Below are positions 50,168 through 63,119 of a stretch of DNA of 64,000 nucleotides, piece by piece. The notes beneath the pieces were generated by a model. That model was not told the DNA's origin and did no database searches. It worked only from the letters and a program-made list of their open reading frames with translations. The stretch lies in contig NW_021832015.1 in assembly GCF_006345805.1 (NCBI RefSeq), forward strand, positions 1 through 64,000, given 5' to 3'. Source of the DNA: Octopus sinensis (taxonomy: Eukaryota). The translations under genes were made by a program, and so were the position numbers. Positions within the stretch are counted from its first letter, which is position 1. Every line of letters starts with the position of its first letter.

Positions 50168-50761
50168 ACTTCAATCTAAAATATCAATATTTTAAATATA
50201 CAAATAATATTTTAAAATAATTAAAGTATGAATGAAAAAATATAAATATATAATCCATATATAACCCATAATAATCCATATATAATCAATATATAAACAA
50301 TATATAAACTAAAATAAACCTATCAACAATTAAATATAAAATATAAAATATAAAATATAAAACAAAACAAAAAAATAATAATAATATAATAATAAACTAT
50401 ATATACACCCATACACATATACCTAATTATATATAACCATATCTAACTACATACACTAAATCACACACCTATATATATATCCCTATACATACACATAAAA
50501 ACGTCTAGGCAACTATAAATAAATTAAATAGCTAAATACTTCAACACAATACTTATTCATACTCCCACACACACACACATACAACACACATTCACGCTCT
50601 AGAAAACGGACATCACTCAAAATTATGAACGGAGAAATGGAATAAATGGAATTAAAAATTATATTCACTTGGAAAAACGAACACTACTTAAAAATTATGA
50701 ATGAAACAATGCAATAAAACAACAGACATCGCAAATATACACAAATTACTACGAATTCTTT

Positions 50762-53700
50762 AACAAACCTACCATGATAAACCAAAACTCACAAAAACAT
50801 ATAATGATAAAATCTCCCTATACTAAACTCTATAACATACCTATATAGCAATCCCCCTAACCTAAACATTCACACACAAATACACACACGTAAACCACAC
50901 ACCCACGACATATACAAATACCCACACCACTTACACATACCAATACATACATATAAACCTCAACATATACTCCAAAAACCCACTCAACCCCACACAGACA
51001 AATAAACACAAAAATTATGAATGGATTCTTTTATAAAACTACCATGATAAGCTAAAACTCACAAAACAGAAATGATAAAACCTCCCTTTACTAAACACTA
51101 TAACATACTTATATAGCAATCCCTTTAACCTATACATTCACACACCCAAAACACACACGTAAACCACACACCCATAACAAATACAAACACCCACCCCACT
51201 CACACACACCCACAAGTACATATAAGCCTCAACATATACACCAAACAAAATTCTTTACCAAGGAACTTACATATGTATAAATAGTATAACCGCTCTGGAA
51301 ACGAACGTCTCTAAATTAATAAATGGAGAATGGAATAAATGGAATTAAAAATAATATTCACGTGGCAAAACGAACACCACTCAAAATTATGAATGAAACA
51401 ATGTAATAAAACACCAACATCGAAAATAGACAAATTACTACGAATTCCCTAAAAAAAACCATGATAAACCAAAACTCTTAAAAACATATAACGATAAAAT
51501 CTCCCTTTGCTAAACTCTATAACAAACCTATATAGCAATCCCCCTAACCTAAACATTCACACACAAATACACACACGTAAACCACAGACCCACGACTTAT
51601 ACACATACCTATACTAACTTATAAACCTCAATATACACCAAAACCCACTCCCTCCCTCCCTCCCCACACAGACAAATTAACACATACATCCCAAAACCTA
51701 AATAACAAACCATATAACATTCACACACAAACACACACACACGCAAAACACCACACAACAACAGATACATATACTCCCTCACATATACGCATATACATAC
51801 TCACTAAACTCGATATATACAACAATATTTACACCCCCACTCATACAGATAAATAAATTATACAACTAAAAACTCACACACAATCTCATATACATAAACA
51901 CTCCTATGAAAACAACATTAAATATATCGTATTAACCAGAATATCAAAAATAACAATATGACATAAGGATAAATAAAATACGTACTTACATTTCAGTTTC
52001 AAATTATAAGTGAAATTAAATTCTTAGCCGTTAAAAAATCAAACCAAAATTACGTTACCATAGAAATAACTTATGTAAAAAAAGAATACGCGTCATGGAA
52101 AGTAAACGTCATTTAAAATTATGAATGGAGAAAAAAAATAAATGGAACTAAAAACTTATCCACGTGGCAAACCAACACTACTTAAAAAAATTTATTATGA
52201 ATGGATTCTTTAAAAAACTACCATGAAAACATTATATACATTTATGAGCTTTAGCTCACCTTAGCAGCTCTAACAACAACTTGCAGCAACCCAAACCTAT
52301 TCTCGATGCCTACCTCACTACTACAACTATTCCACTCACAATTCCAAGCAACGCTAGTCCACCCCCGGTTACAATCCCACTCCACCCATTCATTCACAAT
52401 TACAACGACGTTCGCCTCCACAGCGCTACATATAAGCCTCAACATATACAACCGGAGATTCACACCGTGCGGATGGTAAGAGTAATTCCTTAACAACCTA
52501 CCATGATAAACAAAACTCACAAAAACATATAATGATAAAATCTCCCTTTACTAAACTCTATAACATACCTATATAGCAATCCCCCTAACCTAAACATTCA
52601 CACACAAATACACAACGTAAACCACACACCCACGACATATACAAATACCCACACCACTTACACATACCATACATACATATAAACCTCAACATATACTCCA
52701 AAAACCCACTCAACCCCACACAGACAAATAAACACAAAAATTATGAATGGATTCTTTTATAAAACTACCATGATAAGCTAAAACTCACAAAACAAATAAT
52801 AAACCTCCCTTTACTAAACACTATAACATACTTATATAGCAATCCCTTTAACCTATACATTCACACACAAAACACACACTAAACCACACACCCATAACAA
52901 ATACAAACACCCACCCCACCCACACACACCCCAAGTACAAATAAGCCTCACATATACACCAAACAAAATTACTTTACCAAGGAACTTAACATATGTATAA
53001 AAAATATAACCGCTCTGGAAACGAACATCTCTAAATTAATGAATGGAGAAATGGAATAAATGGAATTAAAAATAATATTCACATAGCAAAACGAACACCA
53101 CTCAAAATTATGAATGAAACAATGTAATAAAACAACCAACATCGAAAATAGACAAATTACCACGAATTCCCTAAAAAAAACATGATAAACCAAAACTCTT
53201 AAAACCTATAACGATAAAATCTCCCTTTGCTAAACTCTATAACAAACCTATATAGCAATCCCCCTAACCTAAACTTTCACACACAAATACACACACGTAA
53301 ACCACAGACCCACGACTTATACACATACCTATACTAACTTATAAACCTCATATACACCAAAACCCACTCCCTCCCCACACAGACAAATTAACACATACAT
53401 CCCAAAACCTAAATAACAAACCCATATACACATTCACACACAAACACACACACCGCAAACACACACACACACAACAGATACATATACTCCCTCACATATA
53501 CGCATATACATACTCACTAAACTCGATATATACAACATATTTACACACCACACTCATACAGATAAATAAATCATATACAACTAAAAACTCACACACAATC
53601 TCTCATATACATAAACACTCCTATGAAAACAACATTAAATATATCGTAATTAACCAGAATATCAAAAATAACAATATGACATAAGGATAAATAAAATACA

Positions 53701-54190
53701 TACTTACAAGTCAGTTTCAAATTATGAAGTGAAATTAAATTCTTATCCGTTAAAAAATCAAACCAAAATTACGTTACCATAGAAATAACTTATGTAAAAA
53801 AAGAATACGCGCCATGGAAGTAAACGTCATTTAAAATTATGAATGGAGAAAGAATAAATGGAACTAAAAACTATATCCACGTGGCAAACCATCACTACTT
53901 AAAAAAATTTATTATGAATGGATTCTTTAAAAAACTACCATGAAAAATCATTATATTCATTTATGAGCTTTAGCTCACCTTAGCAGCTCTAACAAACAAC
54001 TTGCAGCAACCCAACCCTTCCATGCCTACCTCCACTACTACTACACTATTCCACTCACAATTCCAAGCAACGCTAGTCCACCACCCGGTTACAATTCCCA
54101 ACTCCACCCATTCATTCACAATTTCAACGACGTTCGCCTCCACAGCGCTACATATAAGCCTCAACATATACACCGGAGATTCACTTTCAC
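50762..54190. repeat. Tandem duplication of about 1.7 kb (50762-52455 repeated at 52495-54190) made of diverged subrepeats
   Basis: The same succession of motifs (ctaccatgataaacc, atagcaatccccctaacc, gtaaaccacacaccc, ttagctcaccttagcagc) occurs twice. Confidence 0.88.
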
Positions 54191-55344
54191 ATCCGTGCGG
54201 ATGGGTGAGAGTATACATTGAGTGTAGTGATGGGGCTCCCATTACTATACACAATTGTACCTGTGTGGTAGTCTCCATGTGTATATTCACACACGGGTAT
54301 AAATGCAGGGGGTACACGCGCACGTCATTAGCGTGTACCCCTCACATGTACATATGCATGCTATTTGGGCTCGATATATGCAACAATGTAATCGCGCCCG
54401 CATACATGCATATGGGCGAGTTGCACAATCAAAAAACGCACACATGTGTGTATGCGTTCCCTGGTTGTGCAATTCACCCATCTTGGTGTGAGTGGGTGTA
54501 AACGTATCACTGTGGATGTCGAGCTAGATACGTATGTATATGAGTGTGTATTGGGGGTTTGTACGTATTTAATTGTGTGCATGTGCTTCACGCACGTGCG
54601 TCCATGTATGGATGAATATATTGGGATTGCTATGTGGGTGTAAATGGGTATGGAGGGGGGAGTTTTGTCATTGTATGGGTGTGGGTTTCATATGTGATGG
54701 TGGTTAGTTGGTAATTTTTGTATGTTCTGTATATTTGGGTTAGTTATGTATTATTCTAGTGTGTATAATTGTATACATATGATTGGTGTGAGTGGGATTA
54801 CGCCCATTTTTGGGGATGTATGTGTTTATTTATCCGTATGGGGCGGGAGTGGCCGTTAGGTGTATATGTTGAGGCTCACATGCAATTCCAGGTACAGCGA
54901 ATGAAGTGGGCACTTATATTTGTTATGGGTGTTGTACTTTATTATAACAGACAATACCCAAATAAAATCTGTCAATTCAACATACCAAATAAAAAACAAA
55001 AAACAAAGGGATCATAAACATTCACACATACATACAAAACTCAATAAACACACTAATAACACCACATCAACATATAAATATATCCTCCAAAATACATATA
55101 ACAAATGCATAATAAAATACATAATAAAATAAATAAAAATAAAAATAAAAAAATATATAAATAAAAAAATTAAAAAAATCTAATATAAATTATTAAAGTT
55201 TAACATACCATACTGTTAAATTAATACATTAAAAATGAACTAATTAAAACAAAGAAATATCAATAAAGACTAACTATAATTAAAGCCTAGGCAACATAAC
55301 AAAAATATATTATCTAAACTAATTTAAACTAAACTAAAGTAACC

Positions 55345-57872
55345 TAAAGGGGACTATTATTGCTATTTATCATGAACTTATTATATAGGTAAAGTAACTT
55401 ATGTCTGCATTTTATTTTGCGCTCTTCACCAGTATTAAGTAATTATCATACTTATAAAATAAAATTTCTTTAAACTCATTAGAGCATAAATAACAACAAT
55501 TAGCTCCTATAGTATATGATTTAGTTTTACAAAATTATTTCCCAAATTAAACTATAATTAATATTTAGTGATTTAAGACTCCAAATGTACTTACTAAGTC
55601 CGGTTGAGTTGATTAAGTTTTTATTTTTAAAAGAATTCATATGTTGTGCGATTCTTAGTTTTATTTTTGAGGAAGTAGAACCTATATAAACCGCTTTTTT
55701 GTAATTATTATTCTTAAAGTTATTATCATGTAATGTAACTATACATTTATACACTACATCGTTAATATCACAATTATTATTTAATATACAATTAGATTTA
55801 TCTCTACATGTACAATTAATATAAGTCTTATCATTATTAATATTATTATCAAATAATTTCTTTTATAAAAATTATTCAGTTTATATTTATTAAATGAAGA
55901 AATAATGTTACCAACATTATTAGTGGTAGAGTAACCAACTCCAAAATTATTAAAAGAGAAAATGTTTCTATATTTACGATTATCTCTAATAAATAGTTCT
56001 ATAACATCTAAAATCTCTTTAATAATATTCGTTTTTACTTGATCTCCATAAGGAACTATTAACCAAATTTTATTCTTATTAACCTTATTATTATTATCAT
56101 TATTATAAATATATTTATAATTCTTTATTTTATTAAAATTATTATCAGAATTATATCTATGTACAGCATTTAAGGAATTATTAATATTATTAAATTTATC
56201 AATATAATTATTATAATAATTATTAAATTTATTTTTATTTTTATTATTCTTATTTATATTATTATTATTATATTATTATTATTATTATTATTATTATTTA
56301 TATTTTATCATTTTTATTATTTTTTTTTATAATATCTATTATTTTTACCACTAAACCTAACAAAATTATAATTATTATTAGAAGTATCTCGAAAATTAAC
56401 AATTAAATCTTTATCACTAATATTATAAAATTTAATATTCCTATTATAACCTGCCCCTCTAAGGGCCTCATTATAATATTTAGCATGTTTATTAAAAATC
56501 TCTATATCATAAGAGAGTAATGAAATACGTTTACTTATATTATTAATCAACGATTTTTTAATAGAAAATGGGTGATTACTATTAACATTTATATATCTAA
56601 GGTTCTCATTAAGTTTATGATATGGTTGTGTTTTACCTGTAATAAGATTAAAATTAACATCTAAATAATTAACATTATAATTCTCCTTATATATAGTAAT
56701 ACTTAAACCATATCTTTTAAAGAAACTATATAGTTTTTTCTTATATACTTCTAGATTCCTATTAGTACAATTCTTTGTAACTAGTAGAAGATCGTCTCTA
56801 TATAAACCACCCTCTATCTTAAGATTTTCTAATTGGAGTTCAGATAAAAGAAAAATACCTACTAAATCAGTAGCCTGTGCAGAATCTGGTGCTCCCATAG
56901 GTATATCAAAACAATCTCTAGTATCATTCCTAGCCCATAATTTATTTTTATATTTAATTAGCGATTTCCTAGCCATTTTAATTACATTAACTTCTTCCCG
57001 TGACATACCCACTTTATTCATTGCGAAAATAAGCGCTTTATTAAACACAATTTCATTAATAGAAGAATAATAATTATCTATATCTATTTGAATAAATTTA
57101 TAACGATTTTATCTTTAATATTATTAAACCATTTCAATGTATTATTATTACTAAACCATAATTTTAAATAATTAAGTTTATTTAACTTATCAATATATTT
57201 ATCTAAAATAAATTTACTTAATTTACCTAGGTCCGATTTACATGGGCAAATTAATCTAACTTTAGGGTCTGAATAAAAATTATTTTATGGTCTTTAAGAG
57301 TAATTCTGGGGTGCAAAGGTACATAAGGTTCAGTTTTATTATCCAACTCATATTTTAACATTACTACTTTAGAGGCCTTATTAATATTATAAAGAATATC
57401 ATCTGGAACAATTTTATATTTTTTAATTATTTCTTTCCCTAATAGTTTATCATATAATTTAACATCTAATTTATATAAGTTCCTTGTTTTATCAGATTGT
57501 ACTATAATACCATCCATATTTCTCATATCTTTAATTTTAATTGCTAAATTCCTTAAATATTCATTATTTCTATTTGGGTATTTATGGAATTCAATATTTT
57601 TTACCACCTTCCAAATACTATCTTCAAGTAATTGTAATTCTTTATTAAATGGAGGTTCCTTTCTAGATTTAAATTTAGAGGTAAAATTATCATTCCTACT
57701 ATCAATATCATTAAATAATAAAAATTATAGTAAAAAGCTTTCCATTTAATTCTAGAAATAAAATCTTTAACATTATTAACAAGTTTCAAGATAAATTCCT
57801 TTCTAGAAGGAATAGGATATCTTTCAAAGATGAATCCCAAAACAGCGGTTCTATCTTACCTGTAAAATCCAT
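55345..57872 (-). pseudogene. Naiad-type PLE ORF (RT, Asn-rich linker, GIY-YIG), broken by 1-bp frameshifts
   Basis: MDFTGK..SLKDIPIPSRKEF..RIKWKAF, SDKTRNLY, RITLKDHK, RLICPCKSDLGKLSK, IQIDIDNYYSSI, DIPMGAPDSAQ, GLYRDD, YLDV, SNHP, CTCR..C, VYIGST..KLRIAQH, TGLSKYIW, CYLC, CRH. Confidence 0.88.
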
Positions 57873-58106
57873 AATTTACGAAATTGAGGTATTACACTCA
57901 ATATACAAAATTATCAATATTATATAAATATAAATATTAGGGAATAAATCCAAATTTACAGGGAAAAAAATCAGATTTAGGATTAAATCCAATTTTATAG
58001 TAAAATATTATAAAATATTATTAGAGACAAAACCACTATTTTGCAAAACAAACAAGGAAAGACTTAATCAATACATAAAATTTTAATAAATAAAAAAAAA
58101 AAACCG

Positions 58107-58149
58107 CCACTACAATCGTTTCTTGTCTTGATCGACAATCTTCAGGTGG
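58107..58149 (-). ncRNA. Type I hammerhead ribozyme (5' repeat copy)
   Basis: Identical to 50125-50167. Confidence 0.8.
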
Positions 58150-61100
58150 ACTTCAATCTAAAATATCAATATTTTAAAATATACAAATAATAATTTTAAA
58201 ATAATTAAAGTATGAATGAAAAAATATAAATATATAATCCATATATAACCCATAAATAATCCATATATAATCAATATATAAACAATATATAAACTAAAAT
58301 AAACCTATCAACAATTAAATATAAAATATAAAATATAAAATATAAAACAAAACAAAAAAATAATAATAATATAATAATAAACTATATATACACCCATACA
58401 CATATACCTAATTATATATAACCATATCTAACTACATACACTAAATCACACACCTATATATATATCCCTATACACATAAAAACGTCTAGGCAACTATAAA
58501 TAATTAAATAGCTAAATACTTCAACACAATACTTATTCATACTCCCACACACACACACATACAACACACATTCACGCTCTAGAAAACGGACATCACTCAA
58601 AATTATGAACGGAGAAATGGAATAAATGGAATTAAAAATTATATTCACTTGGAAAAACGAACACTACTAAAAATTATGAATGAAACAATGCAATAAAACA
58701 ACAGACATCGCAAATACACAAATTACTACGAATTCTTAACAAACCTACCATGATAAACCAAAACTCACAAAAACATATAATGATAAAATCTCCCTATACT
58801 AAACTCTATAACATACTTATATAGCAATCCCCCTAACCTAAACATTCACACACAAATACACACACGTAAACCACACACCCACGACATATACAAATACCCA
58901 CACCACTTACACATACCATACATACATATAAACCTCAACATATACTCCAAAAACCCACTCAACCCCACACAGACAAATAAACACAAAAATTATGAATGGA
59001 TTCTTTTATAAAACTACCATGATAAGCTAAAACTCACAAAACAGAAATGATAAAACCTCCCTTTACTAAACACTATAACATACTTATATAGCAATCCCTT
59101 AACCTATACATTCACACACAAAACACACACGTAAACCACACCCCCATAACAAATACAAACACCCACCCCACTCACACACACCCACAAGTACATATAAGCC
59201 TCAACATATACACCAAACAAAATTACTTTACTTTACAAGGAACTTAACATATGTATAAATAGTATAACCGCTCTGGAAACGAACATCTCTAAATTAATAA
59301 ATGGAGAAATGGAATAAATGGAATTAAAAATAATATTCACGTGGCAAAACGAACACCACTCAAAATTATGAATGAAACAATGTATAAAACAACCAACATC
59401 GAAAATAGACAAATTACTACGAATTCCCTAAAAAAAACCATGATAAACCAAAACTCTTAAAAAACATAACGATAAAATCTCCCTTTGCTAAACTCTATAA
59501 CAAACCTATATAGCAATCCCCCTAACCTAAACATTCACACACAAATACACACACGTAAACCACAGACCCACGACTTATACACATACCTATACTAACTTAT
59601 AAACCTCAATATACACCAAAACCCACTCCCTCCCCACACAGACAAATTAACACATACATCCCAAAACCTAAATAACAAACCCATATACACATTCACACAC
59701 AAACACACACACACGCAAAACACACACACACAACAGATACATATACTCCCTCACATATACGCATATACATACTCACTAAACTCGATATATACAACAATAT
59801 TTACACACCCACACTCATACAGATAAATAAATTATACAACTAAAAACTCACACACAATCTCATATACATAAACACTCCTATGAAAACAACATTAAATATA
59901 TCGTAATTAACCAGAATATCAAAAATAACAATATGACATAAGGATAAATAAAATACGTACTTACATTTCAGTTTCAAATTATAAAGTGAAATTAAATTCT
60001 TGCGTATTCTTTTTTTACATAAGTTATTTCTATGGTAACGTAATTTTGGTTTGATTTTTTTAACGGCTAAGAATTGAATTTCACTTTATAATTTGAAACT
60101 GAAATGTAAGTACGTATTTTATTTATCCTTATGTCATATTGTTATTTTTGATATTCTGGTTAATTACGATATATTTAATGTTGTTTTCATAGGAGTGTTT
60201 ATGTATATGAGATTGTGTGTGAGTTTTTAGTTGTATAATTTATTTATCTGTATGAGTGTGGTGTGTAAATATGTTGTATATATCGAGTTTAGTGAGTATG
60301 TATATGCGTATATGTGAGGGAGTATATGTATCTGTTGTGTGTGTGTGTTTTGCGTGTGTGTGTGTTGTGTGTGAATGTGTATATGGGTTTGTTATTTAGG
60401 TTTTGGGATGTATGTGTTAATTTGTCTGTGTGGGGAGGGAGTGGGTTTTGGTGTATATTGAGGTTTATAAGTTAGTATAGGTATGTGTATAAGTCGTGGG
60501 TCTGTGGTTTACGTGTGTGTATTTGTGTGTGAATGTTTAGGTTAGGGGGATTGCTATATAGGTTTGTTATAGAGTTTAGCAAAGGGAGATTTTATCGTTA
60601 TATGTTTTTAAGAGTTTTGGTTTATCATGGTTTTTTTTAGGGAATTCGTAGTAATTTGTCTATTTTCGATGTTGGTTGTTTTATTACATTGTTTCATTCA
60701 TAATTTTTGAGTGGTGTTCGTTTTGCCACGTGAATATTATTTTTAATTCCATTTATTCCATTTCTCCATTTATTAATTTAGAGATGTTCGTTTCCAGAGC
60801 GGTTATACTATTTATACATATGTTAAGTTCCTTGGTAAAGTAATTTTGTTTGGTGTATATGTTGAGGCTTATATGTACTTGTGGGTGTGTGTGAGTGGGG
60901 TGGGTGTTTGTATTTGTTATGGGTGTGTGGTTTACGTGTGTGTTTTTGTGTGTGAATGTATAGGTTAAAGGGATTGCTATATAAGTATGTTATAGTGTTT
61001 AGTAAAGGGGGTTTTATCATTTCTGTTTTGTGAGTTTTAGCTTATCATGGTAGTTTTATAAAAGAATCCATTCATAATTTTTGTGTTTATTTGTCTGTGT

Positions 61101-61956
61101 GGGGTTGAGTGGGTTTTTGGAGTATATGTGAGGTTTATATGTATGTATTGGTATGTGTAAGTGGTGTGGGTATTTGTATATGTCGTGGGTGTGTGGTTTA
61201 CGTGTGTGTATTTGTGTGTGAATGTTTAGTTAGGGGCATTGCTATATAGGTATGTTATAGAGTTTAGTATAGGGAGATTTTATCATTATATGTTTTTGTG
61301 AGTTTTGGTTTATCATGGTAGGTTTGTTAAAGAATTCGTAGTAATTTGTATATTTGCGATGTCTGTTGTTTTATTGCATTGTTTCATTCATAATTTTTAA
61401 GTAGTGTTCGTTTTCCAAGTGAATATAATTTTTAATTCCATTTATTCCATTTCTCCGTTCATAATTTTGAGTGATGTCCGTTTTCTAGCGTGAATGTGTG
61501 TTGTATGTGTGTGTGTGTGGGAGTATGAATAAGTATTGTGTTGAATTTAGCTATTTAATTTATTTATAGTTGCCTAGACGTTTTTATGTGTATGTATAGG
61601 GATATATATATAGGTGTGTGATTTAGTGTATGTAGTTAGATATGGTTATATATAATTAGGTATATGTGTATGGGTGTATATATAGTTTATTATTATATTA
61701 TTATTATTTTTTTGTTTTGTTTTATATTTTATATTTTATATTTTATATTTTATATTTTATATTTTATATTTTATATTTTATATTTTATATTTAATTGTTG
61801 ATAGGTTTATTTTAGTTTATATATTGTTATATATTGATTATATATGGATTATTTATGGGTTATATATGGATTATATATTTATTTTTTCATTCATACTTTA
61901 ATTATTTTAAAATTATTATTTGTATATTTTAAAATATTGATATTTTAGATTGAAGT

Positions 61957-61999
61957 CCACCTGAAGATTGTCGATCAAGACAAGAAACGATTGTAGTGG
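61957..61999 (+). ncRNA. Type I hammerhead ribozyme (inverted arm copy)
   Basis: ccacctgaagattgtcgatcaagacaagaaacgattgtagtgg on the plus strand. Confidence 0.8.
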
Positions 62000-62084
62000 C
62001 GGTTTTTTGACTTTTTATTAAAATTTTATGTATTGATTAAGTCTTTCCTTGTTTGTTTTGCAAATAGTGGTTTTGTCTCTAATA

Positions 62085-62126
<42 letters not shown>

Positions 62127-62127
62127 G

Positions 62128-62499
62128 AGGAAAATGCCCCCCCCCCGTCCAATGGATGGTGCTGAGTTGTCAAACATTTAAACCAAATTTTCTCAAAACA
62201 ACTTGTCTGACCATCCCATAGGCCTCCCCTTTGAGAAACACTGATTTAACCTAAATTTGAGACACCAGCAAAAGACGGATTTCGACTGATGTACTTGCGC
62301 GTACAAATGTACGTTCCCACGGCTTTATCGATCGCATTCTCACCTGGAATCGATTTTTGTATTTTTTTCAAGACTTATACACGCCCTGATACCGTCCGTA
62401 TCTACATATCAAATTTGGGCGCAATCGAATGGAGGATGCCCGAGATTCTAGAAGACACACAGACAGACTGACAGGCAGAACGGATTTTATATAATAGAA

Positions 62500-62500
<1 letters not shown>
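62128..62500 (+). mobile_element. Non-autonomous Helentron-like (HINE/DINE-type) element
   Basis: Ends in acagacagactgacag...ttttatataatagaat and is flanked by (TA)n. The class assignment rests on terminal pattern only. Confidence 0.45.
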
Positions 62501-62583
<83 letters not shown>

Positions 62584-63119
62584 TGTTCACAAATTCAGAC
62601 TCGGAATTCCAGCTTCACCAACTTGATTTCACAAACTTGGATCCGTAATTCTGGATTCATAATTTTTGGTTTCACCAAAATTGGCCTCACACAAAAACTG
62701 ACCTTACAAATTTGGTTTTCAGAAATATGGATTCCAAAAATGTGGATCTCATAAAATCTGGATTTCCATTTTAGTACAAATTCGGTTTTCGAACCTTGGA
62801 CCTAAACATAAATAAATCTAATGTCAAAGCAACCATTTAAACTCAAAGTTCATGACACAAAACGGCTGCCAGACTGCATCAATAATTTTAGTTAAAAAAA
62901 TTAAATCGTCGAACAAAAAGCTAGTTTCCTTTAAATTCACACAAAACTGCTTCATACAAGCAGCTGAGTAACCATTAGACAAGATTTACACTTAGTTGTC
63001 TAATACAAAACATTGACTAAATGAAAAAATTAAATTCATACACCCTTTAGCTATTTATGCAAATTTTAACATTTATCTTAACATAAAGTAAAAAAAAAAT
63101 AATAAATGCACCCTTTTAA

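Larger units (their letters stand above)
49950..62087 (-). mobile_element. Naiad-type Penelope-like element with about 2.07-kb satellite-like terminal repeats and an inverted 5' copy
   Basis: Direct repeats 49950-52024 and 57931-60000, inverted copy 60070-62087, central RT/GIY-YIG ORF, and a hammerhead in each repeat. Confidence 0.88.

Noticed and set aside
52251-54501. ORFs 52251-52520, 53970-54323 and 54001-54501 as a second gene of the element
   Set aside because: The two copies do not keep a common frame and show no recognisable motif; the composition bias explains the open frames.
55345-57872. Selenoprotein-type Naiad (in-frame UGA plus SECIS)
   Set aside because: The breaks I traced are frameshifts rather than in-frame TGA, and the 54412-54481 hairpin lacks the UGAN/NGAN quartet.
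57860-59962. Intron spanning the 5' repeat (GTAAGT near 59960 to TTTTACAG at 57860)
   Set aside because: An in-frame ATG at 57872 already opens the ORF, so the splice sites are not required. Untestable without RNA.
50400-62087. CRISPR-like or telomeric array in the long repeats
   Set aside because: No constant repeat with unique spacers, no TTAGGG runs, eukaryotic context, no cas genes.
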